Source: Octopus sinensis
Lineage: Eukaryota
Assembly: GCF_006345805.1 (NCBI RefSeq)
Contig: NC_042999.1
Location: 68,138,001-68,202,000, forward strand
Reading direction: 5' to 3'
DNA: 64,000 nt
In this document: piece by piece, positions 49,995 through 63,564 of the stretch
How the letters are laid out: every line of letters starts with the position of its first letter
How positions within the stretch are numbered: position 1 is the stretch's first letter
Notes under the pieces: model-generated
What the model was told of the DNA's origin: nothing
The model's database searches: none
The model's input: the letters and a program-made list of their open reading frames with translations, nothing else
Translations under genes and position numbers: made by a program

Positions 49995-50637
49995 CATAAT
50001 CATCATCATCATCGTTTAACGTCCGTTTCCATGCTAGCACGGGTTGGACGGTTCGACCAGGGTCTGGGAAGCCAGGAGGCTGCACCAGGCTCCAGTCTGA
50101 TCTGGCAGTGTTTCTACAGCTGAATGCCTCTCCTAACACCAACCACTCCGCAAGTGTAGTGGGTGCTTTTTACGTGCCACCAGCACAGGTGCCAGGGGAG
50201 GCTGGCAGTGGCCACGATCGGTTGGTGCTTTTTACTTGTCACCAGCACAGAAACCAGTCAAGGCGGTGCTGGCATCGGCCATGTTTGAATGGTGCTTTTT
50301 ACGTGCCACCGGCACAGGTATCACAACTACAATTTCCATTTGATATCATCATCGTTTAACGTCCGCTTTCCACGCTAGCACAGGTTGGACGGTTCGACTG
50401 GGGTCTGGGAAGCCAGGGCTGCACCAGGCTCCAGTCTGATCTGGCAGTGTTTCTACAGCTGGATACCCTTCCTAATGCCAACCACTCCGCGAGTGTAGTG
50501 GGTGCTTTTTACGTGCCACCTGCACAGGTGCCAGGGGGGTCTGGCATCGGCCACAATCGGTTGGTGCTTTTAACATGCCACTGGTACGGAAGCCAGCCAA
50601 GGCGGCGCTGGCATCGGCCACGTTCGGATGGTGCTTT

Positions 50638-50640
<3 letters not shown>
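49995..50640 (-). mobile_element. Two head-to-tail RTE 3' tail fragments
   Basis: catcatcgtttaacgtccg...ctggatrccyttcctaa at ~50005 and ~50347, each with UTR repeat units. Confidence 0.85.
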
Positions 50641-50669
<29 letters not shown>

Positions 50670-50692
50670 TACATATACATATATACATATAC

Positions 50693-50723
<31 letters not shown>

Positions 50724-51389
50724 TATGCCGTCATTGTCATCATCATTATTTAATGTCTGTTTTCTCCGCTGGTGTAGTTTGGATGGTTTGACAGGAGATG
50801 GCTAGCTAGAAGTCTGCACTAAGCTTCCCTGTCTGTTTTGGCATGGTTTTTATGGCAGGATGCCCTTCCTAACACCAACCACCTTAGAGGCATATGCATA
50901 TATATATATATGTGTGTGTTTGTGTATCTATATATGTGTGTGTGTATTTTATGTAGTATATCACCATTGTCATCGTCATCACTTCCTAGTTGTCTTCCAT
51001 GCTGGCATGGGTTGGATGGCTCAACAAATTGGAGGATAGAGTCCTGCTCCACTGTTTGTTTTTGCATAGATTCAATAACTTGATGCCTTATCTAATGTCA
51101 GTCACTTCACAGAGTGTTTTAGATGCTTTTTGCATTGCACTAACACTAGTTAGGTTGCTATGTAACTTGCACACTGAAAAAAATTTTTTGACTGAGAGTG
51201 TGAATATGGTAGAGAGGGAAGTAGCTTTATACTACGTATTGAGAGGTTGAGGGTATGAAAGAAGAGACAGGAACAGGTTTCTTGAGAAGGTGACATATAT
51301 TGCTACCTCATAGTACATAAAGCTGGTCGGAAGCAGAGAAAGAGATATAAAGATATTGGTGATGAGGAGTCAGAAGATATTCTCAAGAT

Positions 51390-51925
51390 CCAAGAAGGTA
51401 AATAGCAGAAAATATGGATGAAGACAGTTGTGTAAAGAAGTATCAATCCCTGTGGAGGGAATCTGTGGAAGAGGTAGACCCAGGAAGACATGGGACAAGG
51501 TGATGAAGGATGATGTTTGGATGTTAAGTTTCATGGAAGTGATGACAAGTGATTGAGACCTTTAGCATTTTGCAGTGCTTGAGAAGACATGTCAAGCCAA
51601 GAGAAACCATAGTCGTGGCCAATTCTGGTGGCACGTAAAAGGCACCTGTGCCAGCGACACATATAAAGCAGCCATGCCAGTGACATGTAAAAGGCACTCG
51701 TGATGGTGACACATAAAAGACATGCGGTACACTCTGTGGAATGGTTGGCATTACGAAGGGCATTCAAGCCAAAACAGAGAAGAGCCCAGGGCAGCTCTCA
51801 GATTTTCAGTCCCTGTCGAACCATCTGACCCATGCCAGCATGGAAAAAAGGATGTTAAATGATGACAATGATGATGATGATGATGACGACGACGATGACA
51901 ACAACCACGACCAGGATGATGATGA
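51390..51925 (+). mobile_element. Old RTE 3' fragment (ORF2 end, UTR, (GAT)n)
   Basis: gtggaagaggtagacccaggaagacatgggac...ccatgccagcatggaaaa...gttaaatgatga. Confidence 0.8.
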
Positions 51926-52427
51926 TGTACATATACTCACACACACACACACATAGGTATCTTAGTATATTTACAGACATACCCACATACATGCATGTTT
52001 ATGTGTGACCCTATATGCTTTATACACACTCACACACACACATTAATTTCTGTTTATTTAAGACAATAGAAATGCTAAGAGTATTCTTGTTCTTTATTTC
52101 TTGATGTGACTATACAGAAATAGCATAAGAACGATGTGTCATCACCATCATCATCAGCAGCAGCAGCAGCACTATCAATTCCACAACAACCACCACTAAC
52201 CACAGCACCCTCCACCCTCTCTCTTCTTCTTTCTCTTCCTCCTCCTGTTCCTCATTTTCCTCTCCCTCGGCTGCCACTTCATCATCATCATCATCATCAC
52301 TTTAACTAATCACTATCACCATATAAACCATCATCATTATTAGTAGCAGCTATGTTATAATCATCGTTATGGCTGCTAGTGCCACCACTATCATCACCAT
52401 CACCATCAGCCCATGGTATATATGTGC

Positions 52428-52470
<43 letters not shown>

Positions 52471-52486
52471 TATATATATGTATACA

Positions 52487-52554
<68 letters not shown>

Positions 52555-52570
52555 TATATACATATGTATA

Positions 52571-52624
<54 letters not shown>

Positions 52625-52798
52625 TATATGTATATGTATATATGTGTGTATGTATGTGTGTATACATATATATATATGTGGGTATGTATGTATTATGTGT
52701 GTGTGTGTGTGTGTGTATATATATAGCCAATTCAAATAAACACACATACATACATACATATATATATATATGTATGTATGTATTTGCATGTATATATA

Positions 52799-53362
52799 CA
52801 GGGTGCAGTAATAAATTGTCTAAATTACGCTAAAATAAAAATAACACTGACTTCTCATTTTAACAGATATATTTACCAAAATTACATAAAAATATCTGGA
52901 ATGCCAAAGAGTAAATTTATTCAATAAAATTGCCATTGGCTTCAACCACAGTCTCCAGACGACTTCAGAATCTCCTGCATCTTTTCTGGGTGGTCGCCTT
53001 GTTTAAGTCGGTGAATGCTGCCATAATCCTTGCCTTCAGTTCATCCTTGGTGTTACAAGGAGTTTCATTGGTCTCTCACTCAACTGTGCCCTACACATAA
53101 TAACCAAAGAGGTTGCAGTCTGGGGAGTTAGGTGACCAGATATTAGAGGTGATGTGGTCGCAAAAATTGTGTGACAGCCATGACAGGGTTCTCCTGCTTG
53201 TGTGGCATGGTGCAGAGTCCTGTTGCCAGACACAGGGTCTTCTAGCAGCCACCCTCTTGACCCAGGACAGCATCACCTCCTCCAGGCACTTGATGTAGGC
53301 CTCCGTGTTGAGTTTGAGGCCGTGTGCCAAGATGAATGGAGGCATAATGTTGCCATCACTAG
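52799..53362 (-). mobile_element. Tc1/mariner maT-type (DD37D) 3' fragment with TIR
   Basis: WQQDSAPCHTSRRT...WSPNSPDCNLFGYYV (37 residues after D, third D mutated to G); C-terminal EANGNFIE* at 52917; TA|CAGGGTG terminus at 52799. Confidence 0.85.
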
Positions 53363-53365
53363 TGG

Positions 53366-53630
53366 ACGATCTGACTGGGCTGGCATGCTGGAAGGCTGCA
53401 ACCAGGCTCCAATTTGATTTAGCATGTTTTTTTTACAGCTGGATGCCCTTTCTAGTGCCAACCACTACAAGAGTATAATGAGTACTTTGACGTGCCACCG
53501 GCACAGGTGCCATTTGTGTGACACCAGTATCTGCCACAACTGTGATTTTGCTCAGCTTGATGGGTCTTCTTCTCAAGCACGAAATAATGCCAAAGGTCTT
53601 GGTCATTGCCTCCATGAGGCACAACACTCT
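53366..53630 (-). mobile_element. RTE 3' UTR fragment truncating the maT element
   Basis: tacagctggatgccctttctagtgccaaccactac; gctcagcttgatgggtcttcttctcaagcac matches 9070-9105. Confidence 0.75.
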
Positions 53631-54125
53631 ATCTGACCCATGCAATCATGGAAAATTGGACATTAAACGATGACAATAACCAGTCAGTACACCAGCTCAA
53701 CACGTGCTTTACACATCTCCAGTAATTACAGTCACTCATCGAGTGGATCAGAGTAACCCAAGTACTCTCCCACCTCACCTACAGATCCTTTACTTCCAGT
53801 ATCAACCTTCAATTTTCACCATGTAGATTCTACAATCATTATCCCACAATGAATACATACACTCTTCTTACACATGCTTTATATAATCTTTTGTGTAGGG
53901 ACAGGTGAGGGTTGGTGATAGGAAAGGTATCCAGCTGCAGAAAATCTGTCTCAATAAACTCCGCGTTTCGAAGGTAAGGACAAGACACAACTTCGTTGAA
54001 ACAGTTCTTCCCGCAAAGCAAACTAAATAAAATTTGGGATTTTTTGCGGAGGGTAAAAGTGGTAACAAGAACAGGACAGTAAGAACAAAACAGTAAAACA
54101 ATAAAAAAGTAAATATATATATATA

Positions 54126-54638
54126 CTAGCAGTATCGCCCGGCGTTGCTCGGGTTTGTAAGGGAAATAACTATATAAGCATTTTTAGAGAGTTACTTCCC
54201 TTATAGATGCCGATTCGGGCTTTCTTAGCCATTTCTGTTTTGGTGCCTTCAAGCCATGAAGTCGTTGTTCTAAAAGAACGCTGGTCTCCTTGACAACGCT
54301 TTACGACGTTGATTTCCTTACACTCCCTTCCCCACAGCTTCACGAGGGAGGGAAGAAGGGGGAGAAGCAAACAGGTGCAGGTGTGACCATGGACGCCAAC
54401 TCCGCCGCCATCGACACACGAAAAATTATGCATTAAAATGGAATAAAAAATGATGTTAAATTATTTTTAAGATCGTAGACTCATCGTAGACGCACGCTAA
54501 TACTCAGACAGGCTCGATATGAATCACGACTATAAGATACCCGAATTTGGTTAAACTGCACCGCAAAATGTGGGAGTAGTTAGGAATCTAAATCGAAGGG
54601 GACAGACACTCACACAACTACAGTTTTATATATATAGA
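54126..54638 (-). mobile_element. Non-autonomous Helitron, 513 bp
   Basis: Minus strand A|TCTATATATATAAAAC ... acaaacccgagcaacgccgggcgatactgCTAG|T. Confidence 0.85.
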
Positions 54639-55947
54639 TATATAGACACACTTAAAAAGGAGGGAAGCGGGCTATGACAAAGTATAGAAAACCATGTTCG
54701 CTACACACTGTGCTACTCATTAATAATAATAATAATGATACGCCTTTTTGGTATGCTGGCCACTGATAAATCATTAATTCATGACTTATGTATATGTGTG
54801 TATATATATATATACACACACACACTTATATATATATATATATATATAAGTATATAACAGGCTCCTTTCAGTTTCTGTCTACCAAATCCACTCACAAAGC
54901 TTTGGTTAGCCTAAGGTTATAGTAGAAGACATTTGCCTATGGGACTGAATCTGGGGCCATGTGGTTGAGAAGCAAGCTTCTTACCACACAGACACACACA
55001 CACATACACACACTCACAAACACACACATATACAACGGGCTTCTTTCAGTTTCTGTGTACTAAATCCACTCACAAGGCTTTGGTCAGCCTAAGGTTATAG
55101 TAGAAGACACTTGCCCACGGTGTCACACAGTGGGACTGATCCCAGAACCACGTGGTTGAGAAGTAAGCTTCTTACCACATAACCAAGCCTACAACAGAAA
55201 CCTTCTTTAAGCCAAGTGAAGCATTGCCATCTACTCTCTCTCTCTCCTTACTCTAACAACTTCTACTATCACTCCAGCCATTTATGCTTCCTACCAATAA
55301 ACAAACTACTTCACCTTATAGATTAACTGAGGTGACGATATTAGTCAAAGTAATTAAGACAATTTCAATCAGTGTTTTTGTAACAATTCTAAATAATTAC
55401 CTTTCCATTTTCTCATTCTAAGTGGAAACAAGCTTAGTGAGCACTCACAGATTGGTCACATGTCATCAGTTTTATTTATAGATAGGTGGTGGTGGGGGTT
55501 TGGTAAATGAGGTGTCAGAGTGTACAGTTCCTTGTTTACTACTTTAGGATATTGTGGAAAGGAAATGACAGATGGCGGAAAGATTGCCTCAGGTGTACTA
55601 TGCATTAATATACACACACACACACACACACACATACACATGCACACTGCAGAATTATACACATAAAATGAATTATTAATTTTATTTAGGCAGTGAGCTG
55701 GAAGAATCGTTAGCCTGCCATACAAAATGCTTAGTGACATTTTGTTCATCTTCACATTCTGAGTTCAAATTCCACTGAGGTCAACTTCACCTTTCATTCT
55801 TTTGGGGTTAATAAATCAAGTACCAACTGAGCATTGGGGTTGATGTAATCAACTAGCCCCTTTCCCCAGGCCTTATGCCTATAGTAGAAAGGATTATTAT
55901 TATAATTATTATTATTATTATCATTATTATTATTATTATTATTATTA

Positions 55948-55984
<37 letters not shown>

Positions 55985-55997
<13 letters not shown>

Positions 55998-56530
55998 GAG
56001 TGAGAGAGCAAAATATATGAAGCCCAGTATACCCATCATGACTACCAGTCTGATAAGGGTACACCAGGTACATGCATCACAACCATATGTGCGCAACATG
56101 GTGATCTCATATCAAGAGAAACAGCACATGACCTTGCAGGTGGAGCCCAGTTAGAATTTTCTTCTGGTTGATTAACCCATCCTTCTCAAAAGGTCCTTGA
56201 ATAAGGGTTGTTTAAGGATGTTGAACGAACCACCCTTGTTTCCAAAAGTGAATTATCCAAACCCCAAAGAATCCCTCTCAACACATGGCCATGATGCTCC
56301 CCAACTACTTCTGCTCATGATCAGATATGCACATATCGTTGGCCACTAAGGGTCATGGTCAACTGGTTAAGGTCAAACAGCTGACAAGCAAATCTGTGGT
56401 ATTGAGCAGATTATTTGCTGTAGCCCATCTTTTATACCAAGACAAAACAATGTACATGATAACACTTCCAATCAGTTAAGATCAGAAGCCACGAAAGCCA
56501 CTGCCTGGTACTGCATCAGGGCATTTATTA
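55985..56530 (-). mobile_element. Family G (AAT)n-tailed retroelement 3' end
   Basis: Reverse complement of 26725-27100 plus ~200 bp more; flanked by (ATT)n on both sides. Confidence 0.7.
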
Positions 56531-56730
56531 TTATTATTATTATTTTTTTTTTTTCCTTCTTTCTTGAAATTTTCTTTCATTTCACGCCAAGTGTTTTCCA
56601 TACACCCAGGGCAGAGAAGCTGATTGTATGCATTCCCAGATTACACACACAAATTCACAGGTAAAATATGTATTTAAAAAATTAATAAATAAATAAATTC
56701 ATGCATAAATAAATTATTGTTATTATTATG

Positions 56731-56783
<53 letters not shown>

Positions 56784-57789
56784 CATCATTATCATTACTA
56801 TGGCAGCAAGCTGGCCGACTCATTAGCACACTGGACAAAATACTTAGCAGTATTTCGCCCATTATTATTATCGTTATAATTTCTTATTAGCACCCTTTTC
56901 GTGTAACCTCACATTGTATTGTGTCATCAGTTACCATCTTTGCACTTTTGTAAACCCTTGGTGGTTAATTAAGAAATCATCATCATCATCATCAACATCA
57001 ACATCACCACCACGACCACTACCACCATCATCATTATCATCATCATCATCATCATTGTTGTCGTCATCATTTTCTTCATCATAATTATTATGCCAAATTA
57101 GCAAGGAAAACAAATATAAAATGATGATGATGAGGTGGAGGAGGAGGGGGATTATTATTGTCGTTGTTGTTGTTGATGTTGCGATGGGCTGGCGGGTGGA
57201 CGGACCGTAGAAGCCTCCAGAGCAAATATTCATTACAAATATTATCACAAGAGGTTATCTTTGCTAAAAGAGGCAGGAATGAAATTAACGAGAGAAGGAG
57301 CGAGGAGTGCCATAACTACTCACCCCACCCCCGCCTCCTTCCCTCGCTCCCACTCTTCTGCTTCCATCCCTCCACCTCCGCTCCCTTCGCCCCTTCTACC
57401 TGCCCACCCTCCACCCCTTAGATACATCAACAAAAATGACAAAAGTCCTTCTAAAAACAAGAAAACTTGCTGCTATCGGAATTGTCCCATTCCTCTGCTA
57501 ATAAAGAATCTGATGGAATCTAGAGATAGCTTTTAACTGATGAACTGGCTGTGATACAGCCTCCGGGTCAACGAGCTGATCATCTTGATAACACTATTAT
57601 TATGTTATAATGACATGAGTCAATAGTGACTCCGTCAGATCAGATCAATTATTCAGTTTTCAGAGATCAATACATTTCGATCAGGACGGTTATGGACATA
57701 ATCCATACTGGAAACACATTCTAATCATTTACTTTGATTTTATTATTTATTTTTAAAAATTTATTTTATTTTCGTTTTTTTTTTTTACT

Positions 57790-58190
57790 TGTTTTCTTTT
57801 TAGTTGTATCAGTCATTAGACTTCGGCCATGCTGGAGCATCGCTTTGAATAATTTTTTGACCCCAGTACTTTATTTATTTATTTATTTATTTATTATTTT
57901 TTTTTTTTTGAGCCTGGTACTTATTCTGTTGGTCTCTCTTCCCAAGCTGCTGTGTTAAGGGGACATAAACACACCAACACTGGTTGTCAAAAGGTGGTGA
58001 AGGACAAACACACACACACACACACACACATATACAGCATGCTTCTTTCAGTTTCCATCCACCAAATTCAGTCACAAGGATTTGGTCAGCTAGAGGCTAT
58101 AGAAGATATTTGCCCAAGGCACCACACAATGGGACTGAACTCAGAACCATATAGTTGGAAAGCAAGCTTCTTACCATGTAGCCATTGCTA
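57790..58190 (-). mobile_element. SINE family A, diverged
   Basis: Both halves recognisable. Confidence 0.75.
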
Positions 58191-59510
58191 TTTCATTTCA
58201 TTTCATTTTTTCATTTCATCTAGTTTCAGCTCACGAGCTGTGGCCATGCTGGGGCACCACCATTCAGTGTTGCTACATGATTTTACTTCACGAATGCTTT
58301 TTAGCAATTGACATTTGGTGCATGAGAGAGTTTGATGCAGCTGCCCTCATCTGCACCTCCTGTCTGGGACACCTGACATTTATTTATTAATTTTTATCTC
58401 TTTTAAATCAAATGATGAAACAGAACAAGAAAGAAAAATTGTTTTCGAAAAATAGACGTAGCTGTAATATCAGAATATTTCAGAAATTTGACAATAATTG
58501 TCTATAAGCAAGAAAGCCAGCAACAAAGTGAGCTGGTGTTTGTGACACAGGAAACATGGTCAGTCATACAAGTGACCATAAAGTATCACATCTAGTTTCT
58601 TTTCATATATATGTCATATTGTAAATATTTCAATATTGAATTATGAGATTTTCATTAAAGCTGACTCAGCTGCAGTTTTGTCTGTATAAAAATACATCAA
58701 TGCACAATCTTCACTGAAGAGGACAAGTGAACAAGTTATAAATGAACACAGCAAGACATGATTTAACAGAGAAAGTCGTAAATTATGACAGCAAGATATG
58801 AAATATTGCAGCTAGTCATAAATTTAAGCAGCTATGCTTAAATTAGCAGAACTCATCCTAACTTCATATAGAAATATTATAACTTAATTTAGCACTTGAT
58901 AATATAACCATACCACATCATAGCTTACTGTTTCATAGACCTGCAGGAACAGGGCCCACCAGGGTCTAAACAATGGCACAGTAGACAAACAAGTTTTTAA
59001 GAAACCTTGGATACAAAGATTTATATAGGTGCAGGAGGAGCTGTGCGGTAAGAAGCTTGCTTCCCAACCACATGGTTCTGGGTTCAGTCCCACTGCGTGG
59101 CACCTCAAGCAAGTGTTTTCTACTGTAGCCTCGGGTCAACCAAAGCTTTGTGAGTGGATTTGGTAGATGGAAACTGGAAGATGCCCATCATATATATATA
59201 TATTACATTTTTTTCTGAAACTTCTGATTTTTCAATATGCTAGACCATTGATTTTAAATTGATATTAATCAAATTAACATTCGATTTTTCACCCTTATTT
59301 TAAATTTATATATATATATATATAAAATATAAAACCATTGCTTGACAACCAATGTTCGAGTGTGTACACCCCCAAAACAGATCAATAGAATAAGTACTAG
59401 GCTTACAAAGAATAAGTCCTGGGGTCGATTTGCTTGACTAAAGACACTGCTACAGCATGGCTGTAGTCAGATGGCTGAAACAAGTAAAAGAATAGAAGAA
59501 TAAAAGAATA

Positions 59511-61026
59511 TAGGCATACCTTGTTTACGTAACTCTGATTTATGAAACCTCGTCTTTACAAATTGTAGATGAAAAGCAGAAAAATTGGTTACCATGGCAT
59601 TAAGCTTACTTCCGGTCTGTCAGCACTTGTTACCTCGAGCGATCACCTGCAACTGCATGGAGGCGCAATGGCCCAATGGTTAGGGCAGCAGACTCGCGGT
59701 TGGAGGATCGCAGTTTCGATTCCGAGACCGGGAGTTGTGTGTGTTTATTGAGTGAGAACACCTAAAGCTCCACAAGGCTCCAGCAGAGGGTGGTGGCGAT
59801 CCCTGTTGTACTCTTTCGCTCCAACTTTCTTTCACTCTTTCTTCCTGTTTCTTGTCCCTGACTTCCTACGCAACCACTGAGCCTGGATGTGCATTCATCC
59901 ATCCGTCGATGCTCTCGGTGTCGGGGGTTGACCTGCTTTCTCTTCTGCACATCTTACGAATAGCAAAGGACCACATTTCGAACTTCTCCCATCTTGCGAG
60001 CTCTGGGACGAAGACCGTTCGCTCAACAGCAACAGCAACAGCCTGCAATTGCTTTTTGGATTTGAAGTGTGTCGGTGCCTGCCCAACTTCTTTCACGCTA
60101 GTCTGCATTTTGTCTTCCTTCATTCCATTCATCTTTTTTTAAAATTTTTTATGCATCTTTATTGCTTTTGAATACCCTTGTGATGGCTTCAAAAGAAAGA
60201 ATTCTGAGATGCTAAGCAAGAATAAGAAGAAACATAAAGCAATTACTCTAGAAATAAAATACAAATTGATTTTACAACACGAAAAAGGTGCAACTGTTAA
60301 AGATTAATCAAAGAAATTTGATATGGTTCCTTCATCTGTTTGTACCATCTTGAAGCAAAAGGAAGATTATTTAAATAAAGTTAAAGGAAGTCACTCTCTA
60401 AATTCAACTTGGTTATGAAGAAAAGATAATGTAAGTTTAATTTCACGTATAGAAAAACTTTTGACAGCTTGGTGTATTAACGATCAAATTCACAGACTTC
60501 ATATGCCACTTAGTCAGGCTATAATTTGCAGTAAAGCAATTTTGTTTTTTAATTCATTAAAGATAAATCAGATGGATCGAATGACACATTTGTAGCAAGC
60601 AATGGTTGGCTCGATCGCTTCAAAAAATGAGCAAATCTACGCAATGTGAAGATCCAAGGAGAATCGTCTAACACAGATCAAAAAGCTGCAGAAACTTTTC
60701 CTTGCCAAATACAAGATTTGATTGAAAAAGAAGGCTTTATACCATCTCAAATATTTAATGTGGCTGAGACAGTCCTATTTTGGAAATGAATGCCTTCAAG
60801 GGATTTTATTGTGAGAGAAAAATCTTCAATGTCAGGATTCAAAGCTGCAAAAGATAGGATAACACTGCTTCTGGGAGGAAATTTTGAAGGGAACAGCAAA
60901 CTCAAGCCGATGCTTATTTATCTATCTGAAAACCCCCATGCTTTAAAAGGAATTGATAAGACGAATCTTCCTGTAATCTGGAAGCATAACAAAAAAGCTT
61001 GGATGACAGAAACTCTATTTGAAGAG
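59511..61026 (+). mobile_element. Tigger/pogo element remnant with a SINE C insertion in its 5' region
   Basis: TA|taggcataccttgtttacg (Tigger-like TIR); transposase 60209-61026 KKHKAITLEIK..., ASNGWLDRFK, IFNVAET.LFWK*MPSRDFI...GFKAAKDRITLLLGGN...KPMLIY.SENP.ALKG...PVIWKHNKKAWMT. Confidence 0.85.
59659..60135 (+). mobile_element. SINE family C head fused to a different ~290-bp 3' module
   Basis: Matches 296-485 until ~59847, then unrelated CpG-rich sequence. Confidence 0.7.
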
Positions 61027-61649
61027 AGTCAACAAATGGAGTTAACATGCGCTCAAAAGGCCCCAGTGATGGCAACTCCAGGTCATCAGCATCACTCAGG
61101 CTCATCACAGATTTCACATAAGACACCTGTATAGAACAGAAACTTTTCGCAGATTGGAATTTAAATCCTAATCTCTATAGAAATTTATTGTTTCAAAACA
61201 AACATTGAATTTGATTTAGTTTTAATTTTTATGATTCATCGTCATCGTCATCGTTTAATGTCTGCTTTCCCTGCTGGCATGGGCTGGACGGTAACACATA
61301 ACAACTCGGGCCGTAACTTTTGTGCTTGAGTCAGGCGCATCTGAACAATGTCAAGAGAACATCTGCTATGAATGGTATTTTTTGCCACAGGACTCTCCCT
61401 AACATGACCGCCAAACACTGAATGAAGATAAATGAACTGCAACCAGCTCAGTAAAAGGAACCTGAGTTATTGGTTGCAGTTATACACTTGAAATCAGTGT
61501 CAGCAGAAATTAAAATGACTTGCAAATACATGTTCACTTTACTAAATTTACACTTGGGCTCAGCCCAAACAGCCTGAGTGCCGGAGTAGTCACTGACCCA
61601 TACGTGTATGTTTGTGTATATATATATCTAACTAAAAAGAATCTCCATA

Positions 61650-62055
61650 TACTCTTTTACTTGTTTCAGTCATTTGACTGTGGCCATGCTGGAGCACCGC
61701 CTTTAGTCGAGCAAATCGACCCCAGGACTTATTCTTTGTAAGCCTAGTACTTATTCTATCAGTCTCTTTTGCCGAACTGCTAAGTTATGGGGGCATAAAC
61801 ACACCGACATCGGTTGTCAAGCGATGTTGGGGGGACAAACACAGACACAGAAGCACACACACACATACATATATATATATATACATATATAAGACGGGCT
61901 TCTTTCAGTTTCCAGCTACCAAATCCACTCACAAGGCTTTGGTCAGCCCGAGTCTATAGCAGAAGACACTTGCCCAAGGTGCCACGCAGTGAGACTGAAC
62001 CCGGAGCCATGTGGTTCGTAAGCAAGCTACTTACCACTCAGCCACTCCTATGCCT
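61650..62055 (-). mobile_element. SINE family A, young full-length copy
   Basis: Reverse complement of 47429-47870. Confidence 0.9.
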
Positions 62056-62488
62056 ATAAGCCATTTTATGACTGCTTTGCCCCTTCCTTGAATTGCAATT
62101 TTTTTAATTCTACGTCTGGCAGAGCTTTTTGTGTACTTTAAATTGCTTCACTTGAAAATGTTCATGACTTTGTTGTTGTAATTATTGTTCTTGTTATGGC
62201 CAGCAGAATTAGTAATGCAAGGGTTGGAAGAGCCAAACAGTTTAGTATTATTTTATTATGTTCTTGACTTGCCGATTTCTGTCAAAACTGCTGCTGCTCT
62301 AGAAAGTTCTGCAGACAACAGTCTGCTAGGAATACTGAAATGAATGCTATTTGTACAATATAAATTGCTTAGCTGTGGAAAGAAGAAATTTCATGGGCTA
62401 TAGTCTGCTTTGTTGGAAAAAATGTCTCATTTCTCCCCTGTGATGGCCATAGCTGCATTTCTTTATCTATATCTCTTTGTCCCGTTAT

Positions 62489-62530
<42 letters not shown>

Positions 62531-62929
62531 GTCTAACTATTTATTTATCTATCTATCTATAAAATTTTATATATAGATTGAAGGCTGTGAGTTGGGTGAA
62601 TTGTTAGCATGTCAGGCAAAATGCTTATCAGCTTTTCGTTCTTCTTTATGTTCTGAGTTCAAATCCCACTAAGGTTGCTGATCATCTTTTCAGGGTTGAT
62701 AAAATAAGTACCAGTTGTACTCTGGAGTTAATGTAACCAACTTGCCCTCTTCTCTCAAAATTGCTGGTCATGTGACAAAATTTGAATAAATAAATATATA
62801 TATATATATATAGCCCTGGTCAAACAATCAAACCCATGCCAGCATGGACAATGGACGTTACATGATGATGGTGATGATATGTATATATATATATATATAT
62901 ATATATGTAGAGAGAGAGAGAAGAGGGAA

Positions 62930-63125
62930 GAATCCAAACAAAGCAGAACAAACAAGAAAAATCAGTAACAGGAGGACATGGTACAAGTGTTGTATTATCA
63001 GACGCTCAGGAAAGGAAGGAAAGAGGATTTAACGTTTCAAGCCAAGCTTTTCGTCAGAAATAGAGGAAAGTCCAAAGGAAAGGAAGATGGAAGAAGATCA
63101 GCAACGATACACATGCGGTTATATA
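62930..63125 (-). mobile_element. Family D element (D4)
   Basis: Reverse complement aligns with 12500-12700. Confidence 0.7.
63027..63061 (-). ncRNA. Minimal type-I hammerhead ribozyme motif (predicted)
   Basis: Minus strand AUUU-CUGACGA-A-AAGC-UUG-GCUU-GAAAC-GUU-AAAU: intact core, 4-bp stems I and II, loopless palindromic ACGU helix III, GUU triplet. Confidence 0.65.
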
Positions 63126-63512
63126 TATACACACACACACACACTCACACACACACACACACATGTATATATATATATATATATATAGAATAAAACTTAT
63201 ATATAAAGAACGTGAAATTCACGAATTGACAAACACGGAAAAACGGACAGTAATTCAGAGCCTTCATTCTTCAGTCAGAAACCGATTCATCATGGCAAAT
63301 TTCGGCTGTTTAATTCTGGATTTGCTCCGAAAAGGCCAGCCCCAAGGAAAAGCTAAGCTATGGGCATTAGATTTGCTTGGTAGAAGGAAAGAAGGTGACA
63401 ACAGAGACGAATAGGAAAACAAGAGACGAAGATAAAATTGGAAACAGTAACGAATAAAAACAGGAATGATACGGGGGCGTCTTACGACTTTGAGACAAAA
63501 TGAGACAAAACA

Positions 63513-63546
<34 letters not shown>

Positions 63547-63564
63547 GTGTGTGTGTGTGTATAT

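Noticed and set aside
57537-57562. CTGATGA followed by a ggctg/cagcc hairpin
   Set aside because: No GAAA or cleavage triplet follows, so it is not a hammerhead.
63240-63280. Minus-strand ctgaaga...ggctctgaatt
   Set aside because: No pairable stem II and no intact GAAA; too degenerate to call.
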